Source: Maridesulfovibrio sp. (lineage in GTDB: Bacteria > Desulfobacterota > Desulfovibrionia > Desulfovibrionales > Desulfovibrionaceae). Taken from it: a stretch of DNA of 64,000 nt. Positions 16,560-25,951 of this stretch are shown one piece after another. Under the pieces are notes generated by a model. It saw only the letters and a list, made by a program, of their open reading frames with translations. It was not told where the DNA came from and did not search any database. The position numbers were made by a program, and so were the translations under genes. Position 1 is the first letter of the stretch, and every line of letters starts with the position of its first letter. The DNA lies in NCBI RefSeq assembly GCF_963676065.1, contig NZ_OY780933.1:2332122-2396121 (forward strand), in the 5' to 3' direction.

Positions 16560-17020
16560 AATGTCCTCCTGCAATGATAGGGTGTTAGAAGTGTTAGTTA
16601 GCTAGTTGATGCTTTCAGAGTAGCATAAAATTAAACAAGTTGGGTATGTTTTTTAATTGATTAGTGTTTGAAGTATGGGCGCTGTCTGACTGCCATCAAT
16701 TTCCGTGTACGGAACCTTTTGGGCATGATAACCGAGAATACGTCCTGAGGATCTGGGTATGTCTATATGTATGGTCCTTTTTTATCGATTTTATAATTAA
16801 AAATAAAAAAGCTTTACTTCTTGCTGAGAATGGTTGATTACTTACCAACTCAGCGTGACTGGACGCACGATTACTTCTTAGCCCCACTTGGGTAACATAC
16901 GTTCCACGTAAGCTTTAGATTTACTCTCCCCGTACCAGAGCCTTCCAAATATTACCCGGTAAATCCGGGCTCGACCGTTGTCACGTTTCGTCGTATTTCT
17001 TACTTTTTTCCAAGGCTTTT

Positions 17021-18235
17021 ATGACCTTTACAGATTTTTCGTTTGACCGTCGCATCAACGCCGGCGTCAAACTCTGCGGCTATGACACTCCCACACCCAT
17101 TCAACGCAAAGCCATACCGCTGGTTCAGAGTGGGCATGATGTGATGGGATTGGCACAGACGGGCACAGGCAAGACTGCCGCGTTCGCTCTGCCTATTATG
17201 CAAAAGCTCCTTACCAGTACTTCCTCTAATAGAGGCCCGCGTGTACTGGTACTGGCCCCTACGCGTGAGTTGGCTATTCAGATTGATGAGAGTTTCAGAG
17301 CTCTTGCCCGCCAAACAGACATCACCAGTAGTATCGTTATCGGCGGCGTTGGCATGCGGCCGCAAATCAAGGCATTCAGCACTTCTAATATCATCGTTGC
17401 CTGTCCGGGACGGCTGGTCAGACTCATGGCAAGTGGGGACGTTGATCTTAAAGATGTAGATACACTTGTGCTGGATGAAGCGGATAGAATGCTTGATATG
17501 GGTTTTCTGCCTGACATCAAGCGGGTTATCGCTAAACTTCCGGTAAAGAGGCAGAATCTGCTTTTTTCCGCGACCATGCCTAAATCCATCCTGGCTTTGA
17601 CGAAGCGCATCCTTGTGAATCCCAAAACTGTTCAGATTAATGCAACTTCTCCTGTCTCTAGCGTAGAGCATGTCTTCTACAAGACGCAGAATGCCAGAAA
17701 GAGCGCATTGCTGGATGAAATCATTACAAGATCAGAGCATAAGAGCATGCTGATTTTTACCCGTACCAAGCACAAAGCCAAAAATCTTTCTCGAAAGCTT
17801 GGCGATAGCGGGTATAACACCACAGTCCTGCAGGGAAATATGAGTCAAGGACAGCGTGAAAGAGCATTAAAAGGCTTTCGCGATGGTCGTTACTCGATTC
17901 TGGTCGCGACTGATATCGTTGCTCGCGGTATTGATTGTGATCGTATCACCCACGTCGTAAATTACGATATGCCTGACTCTGTCGAAACTTACACGCACCG
18001 AATTGGCAGGACTGGCAGGGCAGGGCGCTCCGGCCATGCAATAAGCCTGGTTACATCGGAAGACGCATCTCAACTTCGTGACATTCAAAGGGTAATGGAT
18101 GTGTCGATTGAACAAGATGCCCATTCTGCTCATGGAACAAGCAGAGACAAAAGTGCAAAACCAATAAAGTTATCTTCACATTCACCTGTGAGGACAACTG
18201 GAAGACGGCGCAAACGCAAGCCTTTACGCGCTTAG
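17021..18235 (+). CDS. rhlE: DEAD-box ATP-dependent RNA helicase (RhlE-like)
   Basis: AQTGTGKT, DEAD, SAT, HRIGRTGRAG. Basic C-terminal tail. Confidence 0.9.
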   Translation: MTFTDFSFDRRINAGVKLCGYDTPTPIQRKAIPLVQSGHDVMGLAQTGTGKTAAFALPIMQKLLTSTSSNRGPRVLVLAPTRELAIQIDESFRALARQTDITSSIVIGGVGMRPQIKAFSTSNIIVACPGRLVRLMASGDVDLKDVDTLVLDEADRMLDMGFLPDIKRVIAKLPVKRQNLLFSATMPKSILALTKRILVNPKTVQINATSPVSSVEHVFYKTQNARKSALLDEIITRSEHKSMLIFTRTKHKAKNLSRKLGDSGYNTTVLQGNMSQGQRERALKGFRDGRYSILVATDIVARGIDCDRITHVVNYDMPDSVETYTHRIGRTGRAGRSGHAISLVTSEDASQLRDIQRVMDVSIEQDAHSAHGTSRDKSAKPIKLSSHSPVRTTGRRRKRKPLRA

Positions 18236-18376
18236 CGATCTGCTGCCTGATATTTTTCTATCCTGCCAATATCTTTTTGATGGGTAGGATTGGATGTTTG
18301 AATTAGAAATAAACAATCACAAAGACGGATCATCTTAAAGTAAAGGTGAGCGTCACAACAAGAATAGGTAAAAATT

Positions 18377-18643
18377 ATGTCTAAGAATATTTATGTCGGT
18401 AATCTCGCATGGTCCACCACTGAAGATGAAGTTCGTAACGCTTTTGAAGCTCATGGTGAAGTTCTTTCCGTTAAATTGATCGAAGATCGTGAAACCGGCC
18501 GTCCTCGTGGCTTCGGTTTCGTCGAAATGAGCGACGATTCTGCTGCTCTGTCCGCCATCGATGCTCTGGATGGTCAGGATATGGGTGGTCGTAACCTTAA
18601 GGTTAATGAAGCCAAGCCTAAAGTCGAACGTCCGCGTTGGTAG
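18377..18643 (+). CDS. RRM-type RNA-binding protein
   Basis: RNP2 IYVGNL and RNP1 RGFGFVEM. 88 aa. Confidence 0.9.
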   Translation: MSKNIYVGNLAWSTTEDEVRNAFEAHGEVLSVKLIEDRETGRPRGFGFVEMSDDSAALSAIDALDGQDMGGRNLKVNEAKPKVERPRW

Positions 18644-18672
18644 TTTTTTCTGCTTCTTAGCAGGTTATATTG

Positions 18673-18697
18673 ACCGCCCCTCCTGGTGAGGGGCGGT
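18673..18697 (+). terminator. Rho-independent terminator
   Basis: 10-bp GC-rich stem accgcccctc/gaggggcggt followed by T-rich sequence. Confidence 0.65.
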
Positions 18698-18739
18698 TCT
18701 TACTTATTTATAGATTTAATAACAAAAAAGGAGATCGCT

Positions 18740-18892
18740 ATGGCAAAGCCGAATTATTCATTTGCTAAACGTCAGAAAGAGTTGGCTAAGAAGAAAAAAA
18801 AGGAAGAAAAAAAGCAACGCAAGTTGGCGAAAAAACAAGATGATCAGGAAAGGGCAGAAGAAGATGTTGTGCTGGAAAATGACGCCGAGTAG
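18740..18892 (+). CDS. Small Lys/Glu-rich protein (50 aa)
   Basis: ATG follows an AAGGAG RBS. MAKPNYSFAKRQKELAKKKKKEEKKQRKLAKK. A strong terminator follows. Confidence 0.5.
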   Translation: MAKPNYSFAKRQKELAKKKKKEEKKQRKLAKKQDDQERAEEDVVLENDAE

Positions 18893-18991
18893 CTGCTTCT
18901 TCATGAAGTGCAGTAATGATTTTAATCCCTTAACTGCGCTAAAGAGGCCGTGGGTTCAAGCTCCCCCAAGTATAAGATTAAAATTGACCAT

Positions 18992-19034
18992 AAAAAAGGC
19001 TGTTTAGCACTGGATGCTGAATAGCCTTTTTTTT
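18992..19034. terminator. Bidirectional rho-independent terminator
   Basis: 13-bp stem (aggctgtttagca/tgctgaatagcct, with wobbles) flanked by an A-run and a T-run. Confidence 0.7.
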
Positions 19035-19234
19035 ATTGTAGAAGACGTCGATAGCAGTCTTATACTTTTCAGATGTACTAAGAGTTAGGGACAGGTAAGC
19101 CCTTATATTGGCCGTTGCTGCGGTTTTTATGTACACATATTTATGGTCCGGACTTGACTCCACTGGTAGCAGCGGTAAAAATGAAATATTAAATTCGAGA
19201 TCCAGTTAGTATCCATATATTTCAAGGAGAATAA

Positions 19235-21367
19235 ATGTTCCGGTCAATCAGTACTAGAATTTCATACATAGTCGCTGCTGTTGTTGTTGCCTCAACTCTG
19301 GCTACACTGCTGTTAACCGGCTCCACCCTTGAAGATGATATGGTTGAGGCGCAGGGCCGCACTGCCCGTAATACCATCAGAATGGGCATGCTTTATCTTC
19401 AGGAAGGCTATCAGGCACTTGATCGCTACCGTGATCACGCTTTCGATGATCGCAAACAGGCCATTAAAGATGCCATGTCTATTTTTGTAGGGCAGATTGA
19501 TAATTTTTATGCCCTGTATAAGTCCGGCAAGCTCACTGAGGATCAGGCCAAGGAAGCCGCCTATCGCCTTGCCCGGCAGACCAGATATTTCAATAATGAT
19601 TATTTTTTTATTCATACGGACAAGTTGTTATCGCTTGCACACCCTAACCGGAGTCTTGAAGGGCACGATTTATCAAAACTGGTGGATAAAAACGGGTATG
19701 CTTTCGGACCGGATATGATACGTAAGGCCACAGAGGAAGGAGGAGGGTATCTGGAGCTCCTGTGGCCGCGATTAGATGAGTCCGATTCCAATTCCAAAAT
19801 TCTCTATGTAAAAGGTTATCCGCAGTGGAACTGGATTATCGGAACCGGTGCTTACGTTGATGATATTGAGGCCGCAGTAGAAAGACAGCGGAGAGATCTG
19901 ATCGCGGAAATGCGTAAAGGTTTTTCCCGGATTCGTCTTGCCGATACAGGGCGGCTTTTTATTTTTGATAATGATAAAAATGTTCTGGTGCCTCCACTCG
20001 GTGCCGGTCCTGATTTCAAAAACACCATAAACCTGAACACCGGGCATACACTGATTCATGATTTAAAAGAAGTCGGTAAGCTTGGAGAATGGCGTCTTGA
20101 TTTTAAGGTGCGCCGGCATGACGGTGAAATTGTCGATCGTCAATCGTATGTTCGTTTTTACGCTCCCATGGGCTGGTATGTGGCTTCCACTGTTCCCATG
20201 GCGGAAATTTATGCTCCGATGAAAGAATTGATCATGAAACAGGGCGCGATCAGTTTAATTATCCTTCTGCTGACAATTCTAGTAATTTATTATGTTGTCC
20301 GCAGAATCTGTTTACCTATTCGCAGTGTCTCCAAGGTAGCTTTTCATGTATCCAAGGGAGATTTGCGTGAAGCGAAAAAAGTTTTTGCCATGTCTACGGA
20401 CAAGGGACATCTGAAAAAGGTTGTTGATTCTTTTGAAACCGGTAGGGAAAAAAGGTTTGATGAAGTCGACCATCTAGTTAAATCCATTCACACCATGCTG
20501 ATGACTCTTAATTCATTGGTCAGTCAGGTTCAGATTTCCGGGGATCAGGTTGCCGGTTCCGCCCTCAAACTTGGAACCGCTATCAATCAGCTTGAAGCCG
20601 CGGTGGAGAATCAGGCTGCGGCCACACAGGAACTGGGCAGTTCTTCCCGTGAGATTTCCGCCACTTCTCAGGAGTTGGCCCGGACCATGAACGAATCAAC
20701 AACTGTAGCCGTCTCAACAGGCGAACTGGCCGCTCAGGGAGTTCGCGATCTTAATGAGATGGGGGTTACCATGGATGTCATGAGTGATGCATCCGGAGGC
20801 ATCTTTTCAAAATTGTCGGTTATTAATTCCAAGGCAGCCAATATCAGTTCGGTGGTAACTTCTATTTCTAAAATTTCAGAACAGATTAACCTGCTTTCCC
20901 TGAATGCTGCTATTGAAGCGGAAAAGGCCGGTGAGTTCGGTCAGGGATTTTCCGTGGTTGCACGGGAAATCCGTAAGCTCGCCGATCAGACTGCCATGTC
21001 TACACTTGATATTGAGAAGATTGTGGCCGAAATGCTTTCCGCCGTTTCCGCCGGGGTTATGGAAATGGATAAATTCCGCAAGCAGGTGGAAAACGGGGTC
21101 AGCAATGTAGCCGCGCTCGGCGAGGGAATCTCAGGTGTCGTCACTCAGGTACAGACTCTGACACCCCGTTTTGAATCGGTTAATGAGGGCATGCAGAACC
21201 AGAGCGAGGGTGCGGAGCAGATCAGCAAGGCCATGGTCCAGCTCAGCGAAACTTCCATTCAGACCAAGGATACTTTGGCTGAATTTGCGAGCATTACAGA
21301 GCAGCTTGCCAATTCAGTTGGCAGTCTTGAGGAAGAAGTCGCCGCATTTAGGGTTGATAAGGATTAG
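19235..21367 (+). CDS. Methyl-accepting chemotaxis protein with a Cache-type periplasmic sensor
   Basis: Cache-like NDYFFIH...GGGYLELLW...WIIGTGAYVDDIE, a TM helix, and signalling domain LLSLNAAIEAEKAGEFGQGFSVVAREIRKLADQT. Confidence 0.9.
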   Translation: MFRSISTRISYIVAAVVVASTLATLLLTGSTLEDDMVEAQGRTARNTIRMGMLYLQEGYQALDRYRDHAFDDRKQAIKDAMSIFVGQIDNFYALYKSGKLTEDQAKEAAYRLARQTRYFNNDYFFIHTDKLLSLAHPNRSLEGHDLSKLVDKNGYAFGPDMIRKATEEGGGYLELLWPRLDESDSNSKILYVKGYPQWNWIIGTGAYVDDIEAAVERQRRDLIAEMRKGFSRIRLADTGRLFIFDNDKNVLVPPLGAGPDFKNTINLNTGHTLIHDLKEVGKLGEWRLDFKVRRHDGEIVDRQSYVRFYAPMGWYVASTVPMAEIYAPMKELIMKQGAISLIILLLTILVIYYVVRRICLPIRSVSKVAFHVSKGDLREAKKVFAMSTDKGHLKKVVDSFETGREKRFDEVDHLVKSIHTMLMTLNSLVSQVQISGDQVAGSALKLGTAINQLEAAVENQAAATQELGSSSREISATSQELARTMNESTTVAVSTGELAAQGVRDLNEMGVTMDVMSDASGGIFSKLSVINSKAANISSVVTSISKISEQINLLSLNAAIEAEKAGEFGQGFSVVAREIRKLADQTAMSTLDIEKIVAEMLSAVSAGVMEMDKFRKQVENGVSNVAALGEGISGVVTQVQTLTPRFESVNEGMQNQSEGAEQISKAMVQLSETSIQTKDTLAEFASITEQLANSVGSLEEEVAAFRVDKD

Positions 21368-21394
21368 CTGGGCGACCGAAATGTTCTTCCGTGT

Positions 21395-22228
21395 TTAACC
21401 TGCTAACAGCTCAGAAAGTGCCCCGCCAGCATTATGGACCGGAATGCGTTCGGTGCCGAGAAATTCCGGGAAACTATGTTTTAATTCCGGTTCAAGCAGA
21501 GCTTTTAAACGAGGATCATCTGCCAGCATTTTGAATCCGCACTGGGGATTTTTGTACATAATTTTGAAGCGTGCAGGGGTTGACGGTGGCAGATCCAGCG
21601 AGAAGAGCATCTCGTAGAACGAGTTCTCAGGATTCTCTTTGTCATATCTCGTTTTGAGCACAATTTCCTGATTCATCCCGCAGGGAACCAGCCACGGCAT
21701 GTAGTATAGTTTTGTGGATGAAAGCACTGAATTGAGCTGGGCTGCGCAGCTTAGCGTCTTAAAAAACATAACCGCGGTTTTTACGTCATTTTTGAGCATA
21801 TCCAGAAATTTCTCTTTGCGCTCTTCCGCGCCGGCGATCTTTTCCGCTTGAATCAGCTTGAAAATAGAGCTTGCCTGAGATTGGAACGCGGCCCGGTTGC
21901 TTACGAATCTACGGGTCGCCTCCGCCGGATTAATGTATGCTCCCTGATTTGTAAGATGTGCAGGGTCGATTTCTTTGAGGATTATGTCCGGATATAGTTG
22001 CTCGACATGAAAGGTGAGTATGTCTCCGGGGGATGCGTTGGTCTGGATGCTTGCCAGCAGTTCAAGGTCCTGAATTAATATCCAGCCTAGCTTTGGCTGA
22101 TACCATTTGAGCAGTTTGCCTTGAAGTATATCACCAACTGAAAATTTTTTTCGAAATATGGCTGATCTTGCCGAGGGTTTATTGCCGCCTCCGCTGAATT
22201 CCCGCTTTCCGTACCTTGAAATTTTCAT
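21395..22228 (-). CDS. Hypothetical protein at the tail of the flagellar operon
   Basis: 277-aa ORF co-oriented with the flagellar genes. No motif I recognise. Confidence 0.55.
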   Translation of the reverse strand: MKISRYGKREFSGGGNKPSARSAIFRKKFSVGDILQGKLLKWYQPKLGWILIQDLELLASIQTNASPGDILTFHVEQLYPDIILKEIDPAHLTNQGAYINPAEATRRFVSNRAAFQSQASSIFKLIQAEKIAGAEERKEKFLDMLKNDVKTAVMFFKTLSCAAQLNSVLSSTKLYYMPWLVPCGMNQEIVLKTRYDKENPENSFYEMLFSLDLPPSTPARFKIMYKNPQCGFKMLADDPRLKALLEPELKHSFPEFLGTERIPVHNAGGALSELLAG

Positions 22229-22289
22229 GACGGGTCAATCCTGATTTATATTTTGCCTTTGGCGGCTGAAGTTATTTTGCAGTTTGAAT

Positions 22290-22700
22290 TCAACTATGCT
22301 GGTCGATAATAAGTTCTACTTCTTCAATGGACAGACCGGTTGCCTTGGCAAGCCTGCTTATAGGCTTACCTTCTTTATGCCCGGTCAGGATGATCTGGCG
22401 CAGGAATTGCGGCGAACGTGAGAATTCTTCAGCCTGGGAGAGAATCTTTTTAAGCTTTTTGGACTTGCGGTCGAGCATCATATCAAGCTGGGCCAGCTCT
22501 TCCTGCCGTTCGGCAAAAGAGTTCATCAATTCATTTTCAAGCTGGGTGTTGAACTGAAGCTTCTTAACAAATTCTTCCTGCTTGGTCTGAAGTTGTGTGA
22601 CCAGCTCTTCGGATTTGCGCAGCCTGAGAAAGAAAAAGATTACAGTGATCAGCAGGGCGATCTCTGTTACGGAAAAGAAAATGAGCAGGAATACAGTCAT
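22290..22700 (-). CDS. Membrane-anchored coiled-coil protein with an HTH-like C-terminus (DUF2802-like?)
   Basis: N-terminal TM helix, heptad-like middle, C-terminal ISRLAKATGLSIEEVELII. Confidence 0.55.
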   Translation of the reverse strand: MTVFLLIFFSVTEIALLITVIFFFLRLRKSEELVTQLQTKQEEFVKKLQFNTQLENELMNSFAERQEELAQLDMMLDRKSKKLKKILSQAEEFSRSPQFLRQIILTGHKEGKPISRLAKATGLSIEEVELIIDQHS

Positions 22701-22777
22701 AATTAGCTATGGTAGAGGTTTATCGAATCCACAACAGTTTGCCCTGTTTGCTGGAGAAGGGCAATAGGCTCGTAAGA

Positions 22778-23092
22778 TCAAATCCTTACATTGATTATAT
22801 TTCCGGACCACGGGGACTGCTTTTCTTCTTCCGGTTCTTCTTCTTTTTGCTTCTTCTGGCGCTTGGAATGCTGTCCGCCGTTGTTTCCTGCTTTTTCATC
22901 GCTTACGGAAATGGCGGCTTCGTCCTTTTCGGCCTTCTGTATCTGCTTCTGGGCGTTTTTGTTATTTTCCTGCTCTTGAGGGTTGATCATGAGTGTCTGC
23001 TGAAGTTGCGCCTTCGTAACTTCAGAGTTGGAAATCTTCTGGACATTCGCAAGTTGCGAAATGATCAGGGGCATATCCAAGGTACCGGGCAT
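22778..23092 (-). CDS. Small hydrophilic hypothetical protein (104 aa)
   Basis: ORF 5 nt downstream of fliL, Q/K/E-rich. A competing plus-strand ORF was rejected. Confidence 0.45.
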   Translation of the reverse strand: MPGTLDMPLIISQLANVQKISNSEVTKAQLQQTLMINPQEQENNKNAQKQIQKAEKDEAAISVSDEKAGNNGGQHSKRQKKQKEEEPEEEKQSPWSGNIINVRI

Positions 23093-23097
23093 GATTT

Positions 23098-23793
23098 TTA
23101 CCTCACGAGATACTCCTCAAACAGGATTTTCTCAAATTCGCCAGCAACTATATACTGGTTGATAACCATAAGCAGATCTTTTTTCAGCTTATCTGCATTT
23201 TTCTTATCGGCCAAAAACTGTAAATCTTTATTTTTGAGATAAAAGTATACCGCATCACGCAGAATCAGAGTCTTGCGGCCATATTCAGCAACAACTCTTT
23301 CATCCGTTGTGGTCATGGCGAAGCGGGCAATAAGGAATCTGGTATGGTTATCCCCATCTTTTTGTTCAATCCAGAAAGGTTCCATACGCAGCAGCGTCAC
23401 CCCCGGTTCTTCCGGCGGCGGAGGCGGCGGTGGGGCTTGTGTGGGAATTTCTTCCACTTTTTCTTCAACAGCGGGCTTTTTTTCAGGCGGTGGAGGGGAG
23501 TCAAATAAGAAAAGTTTTACCAGAATAGCGCCCAGTAAGAGGATAATAACGCCGATTCCGATGAAAATCAAAAGCTTGGTTTTTGATTTTTTCTCGACAG
23601 GTGCTTCTTCAAGCGAATCAAGTTCTTCCGGTTCTTCTTCCGGAAGATCGTCCTCTTCGTCCTCATCTTCTAGAAAAGGTGCGTCATCAAGGTCCAGCTC
23701 TACCTTTCGGGCTGCTTTGTTATCAGGGGCCGAAGATTGAGTCTCTTCCCCAGATTCAGAGTCATCATTATCATCAAGAGCGAGGAAGATCAT
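23098..23793 (-). CDS. fliL: Flagellar basal-body-associated protein FliL (long acidic N-terminus, Pro-rich linker)
   Basis: TM helix plus a C-terminal FliL-like region FLIARFAMTT...LRDAVYFYLKNKD...LKKDLLMVINQ. Confidence 0.7.
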   Translation of the reverse strand: MIFLALDDNDDSESGEETQSSAPDNKAARKVELDLDDAPFLEDEDEEDDLPEEEPEELDSLEEAPVEKKSKTKLLIFIGIGVIILLLGAILVKLFLFDSPPPPEKKPAVEEKVEEIPTQAPPPPPPPEEPGVTLLRMEPFWIEQKDGDNHTRFLIARFAMTTTDERVVAEYGRKTLILRDAVYFYLKNKDLQFLADKKNADKLKKDLLMVINQYIVAGEFEKILFEEYLVR

Positions 23794-23851
23794 GCGCGTA
23801 TCCTGAAGGACAAGGTTCCGGACGGAAAATGTTTAATTGCCGTCTGAAAGA

Positions 23852-23885
23852 GTCCGGCAGGTAAGTAGGAAAATACCTGCCGGAC
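23852..23885 (-). terminator. Stem-loop / weak terminator after cheY
   Basis: 12-bp stem gtccggcaggta/tacctgccggac. Only a partial U-tract on the minus strand. Confidence 0.4.
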
Positions 23886-23894
23886 AGGATCTTT

Positions 23895-24278
23895 TTATTC
23901 AAAAATTTTGTTGATTTTCTGGCCGAGGGTGTCAGGAGTGAAAGGTTTTACAATGTAGTTGGAAACCTTTGCCTGAACAGCTTCGATGATGTTTTCCTGC
24001 TGTGCTTCAGCTGTAACCATCAGGAACGGGAGATCTGCGAATTCTTCACTCGCTCTTACTTTTCGCAGGAGCTCGATGCCAGTCATCTGCGGCATGTTCC
24101 AGTCGGAAACGATAAATTCGATGCTGTCATCTTTATTCAGAGTTTCCCATGCTGTGGTTCCGTCATCAGCTTCTACTATGTTTGTGAAACCGATCTGGCG
24201 GAGTATGTTTTTGATAATACGCCGCATAGTTGCGAAGTCATCCACAACAAGAACTTTCATAGAGTAATTAATCGCCAT
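23895..24278 (-). CDS. cheY: CheY-like single-domain response regulator
   Basis: KVLVVDDFATMRR, DWNMPQMTG, VKPFT. AAGGAG RBS. Confidence 0.9.
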   Translation of the reverse strand: MAINYSMKVLVVDDFATMRRIIKNILRQIGFTNIVEADDGTTAWETLNKDDSIEFIVSDWNMPQMTGIELLRKVRASEEFADLPFLMVTAEAQQENIIEAVQAKVSNYIVKPFTPDTLGQKINKIFE

Positions 24279-24288
24279 TTATTTCTCC

Positions 24289-25080
24289 TTAAGGTTCCGT
24301 ATGATATTTATCTTGGAACATTTTTCTCAATTTTTTCAAGGCCTGAGAATGTAACTGTGAAACCCTGCCTTCTGTAATCTCCATAACTTCGGAGGTCTCT
24401 TTCATATTGAGTTCCTCTCCGTAGTACAGAGATAATACCAGTTTTTCTCTCGGCGTCAAATTATCAATCAGATCAGCTACCTTGTCCACTGTTTCTTGAA
24501 AAACAGCATTTTGGAAAGGTTCATCGTCTAGCTGTGAATCTTTATTGCTGGGAATATTATCATTAAAGGCATCAAGATTGACGCAGAGTTGGTTTTGCAG
24601 GGCCTCAAGTCCCTGCTGCACTTCTTTGGCAGAGAATCCGGTCGCTTCTGCAATTTGAGCGCTGGTCGGTTTTTCACCTGTTTCGTGCTCAAGTTCATGG
24701 ATGCTGTTTTCAATGGTCTTTACTTTATGCCGCAGTCCGCGTGAAAACCAGTCCATGCGCCTTAGCTCGTCAAGCATGGCACCTTTGATGCGGTTTTCCG
24801 CATAGGTTTCAAACTTGATTTTCAGCTCAGGCCGAAATTTTCCAAGTGATTCTACTAGTCCCAGACTTCCGGCACTAATCAGCTCTCCTAGCTCCACATT
24901 CTGCGGGAGCTTGGCTTTCATGCGGAGTGCAATAATACGGATTTTGGGTGAATAATGCCGTACTATCGCCTCTTGATCTGCGGGCGGAAAATCTTCCCAA
25001 TCAGTAGCCCCGGACTCTAAATTAAGCCACGGACTGTTCTTGGAAGAGAAGTTTTTTCCAGAAGAACTTGATATTACCAT
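24289..25080 (-). CDS. fliA: Flagellar sigma factor FliA (sigma-28)
   Basis: Sigma-70 region 2-4 motifs. EVMEITEGRVSQLHSQALKKLR. Confidence 0.9.
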   Translation of the reverse strand: MVISSSSGKNFSSKNSPWLNLESGATDWEDFPPADQEAIVRHYSPKIRIIALRMKAKLPQNVELGELISAGSLGLVESLGKFRPELKIKFETYAENRIKGAMLDELRRMDWFSRGLRHKVKTIENSIHELEHETGEKPTSAQIAEATGFSAKEVQQGLEALQNQLCVNLDAFNDNIPSNKDSQLDDEPFQNAVFQETVDKVADLIDNLTPREKLVLSLYYGEELNMKETSEVMEITEGRVSQLHSQALKKLRKMFQDKYHTEP

Positions 25081-25858
25081 CTAGCTCGGATGTCGCTTTC
25101 CATTTAGTTATTTTTTTAGCAGCTTCAGCAATTTGAACACAAGCAGGACTTGAGGGAGCAAAACTGCATAGCGGGGTTTGTTTAATAACCGCTTGGCGCA
25201 TGTTCTGATCGCGAGGGATAACCCCCACAAGATCCAGTGAAACTCCGCTCAGGAAATGGTCACAGGCCATGTAGAGCTTTTTGAATACTTCTTTGGCACT
25301 TTTTACGTCCGGTGCCATGTTTACCATAACCTTGAATTTGTCAACCCCGTGATTAAGCTTCATTACTTTGATCAGGGCGTAGGCATCGGTAAGGGATGTC
25401 GGCTCCGGGGTCAAAACCAGGAGGCGTTCCTGAACTGCAAGATTGAAGTACAGTACATTATCGTTAATGCCCGCTCCGGTATCGACAATAAGGTAATCAA
25501 TTTCTTCTTCAAGGTGATCCATGGCTTCCAGCAGGTCCAGTTTTTGGCCAGTAGAAAGGGAGACCATGTCGCTTACTCCGGAAGAAGCCGGGAGAATATG
25601 GAATCCGTAATCTGTCTTGTAGAGGACTTCCCTGATTCCGGTCCCTTCGTGGAAGAGGTGAAACAGGTTGTACTTGGGTGCAATACCAAGCAGAACGTCG
25701 ACATTTGCAAGGCCGAGGTCGGCATCCAGCAGCAAGACTTTCTTGCCCATGCGGCTTAAGTTGTAGGCTAGGTTTACGGAAATATTTGTCTTGCCTACCC
25801 CCCCCTTACCGGAGGTTACTGAAAATACCATGGGAAGATTGGAACTCATTTGTATCAC
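25022..25858 (-). CDS. flhG: MinD/ParA-type ATPase FlhG (FleN)
   Basis: Deviant Walker A SGKGGVGKT. LLLDADLGLANVD. Confidence 0.9.
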   Translation of the reverse strand: MIQMSSNLPMVFSVTSGKGGVGKTNISVNLAYNLSRMGKKVLLLDADLGLANVDVLLGIAPKYNLFHLFHEGTGIREVLYKTDYGFHILPASSGVSDMVSLSTGQKLDLLEAMDHLEEEIDYLIVDTGAGINDNVLYFNLAVQERLLVLTPEPTSLTDAYALIKVMKLNHGVDKFKVMVNMAPDVKSAKEVFKKLYMACDHFLSGVSLDLVGVIPRDQNMRQAVIKQTPLCSFAPSSPACVQIAEAAKKITKWKATSELDGNIKFFWKKLLFQEQSVA

Positions 25859-25951
25859 CCTATTCTTATTTATCTATACTGTTTACGTTGCCATCTGTTT
25901 TTATGCAACGAATATTGTGCTCTATTTGCCTAATTTTCCGGAAAAAGGCTT

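Noticed and set aside
17000-17671. 223-aa minus-strand ORF opposite the DEAD-box helicase
   Set aside because: The helicase frame has all the DEAD-box motifs. The antisense frame is Arg/Cys-rich with no RBS.
18925-18970. tRNA-like fragment (ATTTTAATCCC ... CGTGGGTTCAAGCTCCC) after the small Lys-rich ORF
   Set aside because: It resembles an anticodon-loop-to-T-arm piece of a tRNA-Leu-like gene. The stems do not pair, and there is no acceptor stem or 5' half. It is at most an old degenerate remnant.
22709-23242. Plus-strand 177-aa ORF (FFFLLLL-rich) opposite the 104-aa gene and the fliL 3' end
   Set aside because: It is a hydrophobic low-complexity artefact of translating the complement of K/E/Q-rich coding sequence. 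The minus-strand genes fit the operon context.
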